Source of the DNA: Harriotta raleighana
Lineage: Eukaryota
Direction of reading: 5' to 3'
NCBI GenBank assembly: GCA_050575255.1
Contig: JBNZDD010013717.1
Coordinates: forward strand, 4,480,457-4,544,456
DNA length: 64,000 nt
Positions 63,591 to 64,000 of this stretch are shown one piece after another. The stretch's first letter is position 1. Each line of letters begins with the position of its first letter. Under the pieces are notes generated by a model that ran no database searches, was not told the origin of the DNA, and worked only from the letters and a program-made list of their open reading frames with translations. The position numbers and the translations under genes were made by a program.

Positions 63591-64000
63591 AATATACCAA
63601 TGCATCTGTTCAGATGCATATTAAAGATGTTTTAATACTGTATTATTTCAAAGGGAAATTACTCTCCCCATAACTTCTTTTCTCTGTCAGTCAAAATAAA
63701 TATTTTTTGCAACGTTTGTGGTTGGTGCATTCAGCAAATAGAAGAAACAGTGTAAAGCAACTATAAATTGTATTTAAGGAGATAATCATGGATGTGGATT
63801 GAGAACAGGTGGAGAGCAAGATAGAAGCCTTGAAATAAATGCCATGAAATAAACTATAATCCATAACAAATACTTCAATAGATTTCCAGAAACAGAATGA
63901 TTGTCTTTTGCAGCTTAGGTAGAACATTATTTATATATAAATCTAAAGCATCTTCATTTAAATGTTAAAATATACATCAAAACACTTCTTAGTTCCCTTG

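Overview
Vertebrate genomic DNA, most likely from a cartilaginous fish. A holocephalan such as elephant shark is inferred from the repeat landscape and cannot be proven from the sequence. The window holds the last two coding exons of SMPDL3A (+, 4704-4828 and 5883-6179) and, about 54.6 kb downstream, the first coding exon of clavesin-2/CLVS2 (+, 60757-61145), the same order and orientation as the human locus as recalled. The rest is intronic or intergenic and dominated by tRNA-derived SINEs, 5'-truncated L2 and CR1 LINE pieces, Tigger/pogo-type and Charlie-type MITEs, and simple repeats. Most six-frame ORFs are repeat-derived or spurious. The most notable signals are: (1) two TSD-flanked short retroposed elements carrying a minimal type I hammerhead-ribozyme core (Penelope-like); (2) a CGGBP1-like hAT transposase fossil in a SMPDL3A intron, which can be reassembled across nested insertions; (3) a CpG-rich mosaic with a PRKCSH-like coding fragment; (4) two hairpins. 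Every N base sits at or next to a near-identical duplication, including a 2.65 kb one; these are probably assembly artefacts. No clearly new multi-gene system is supported by the sequence.
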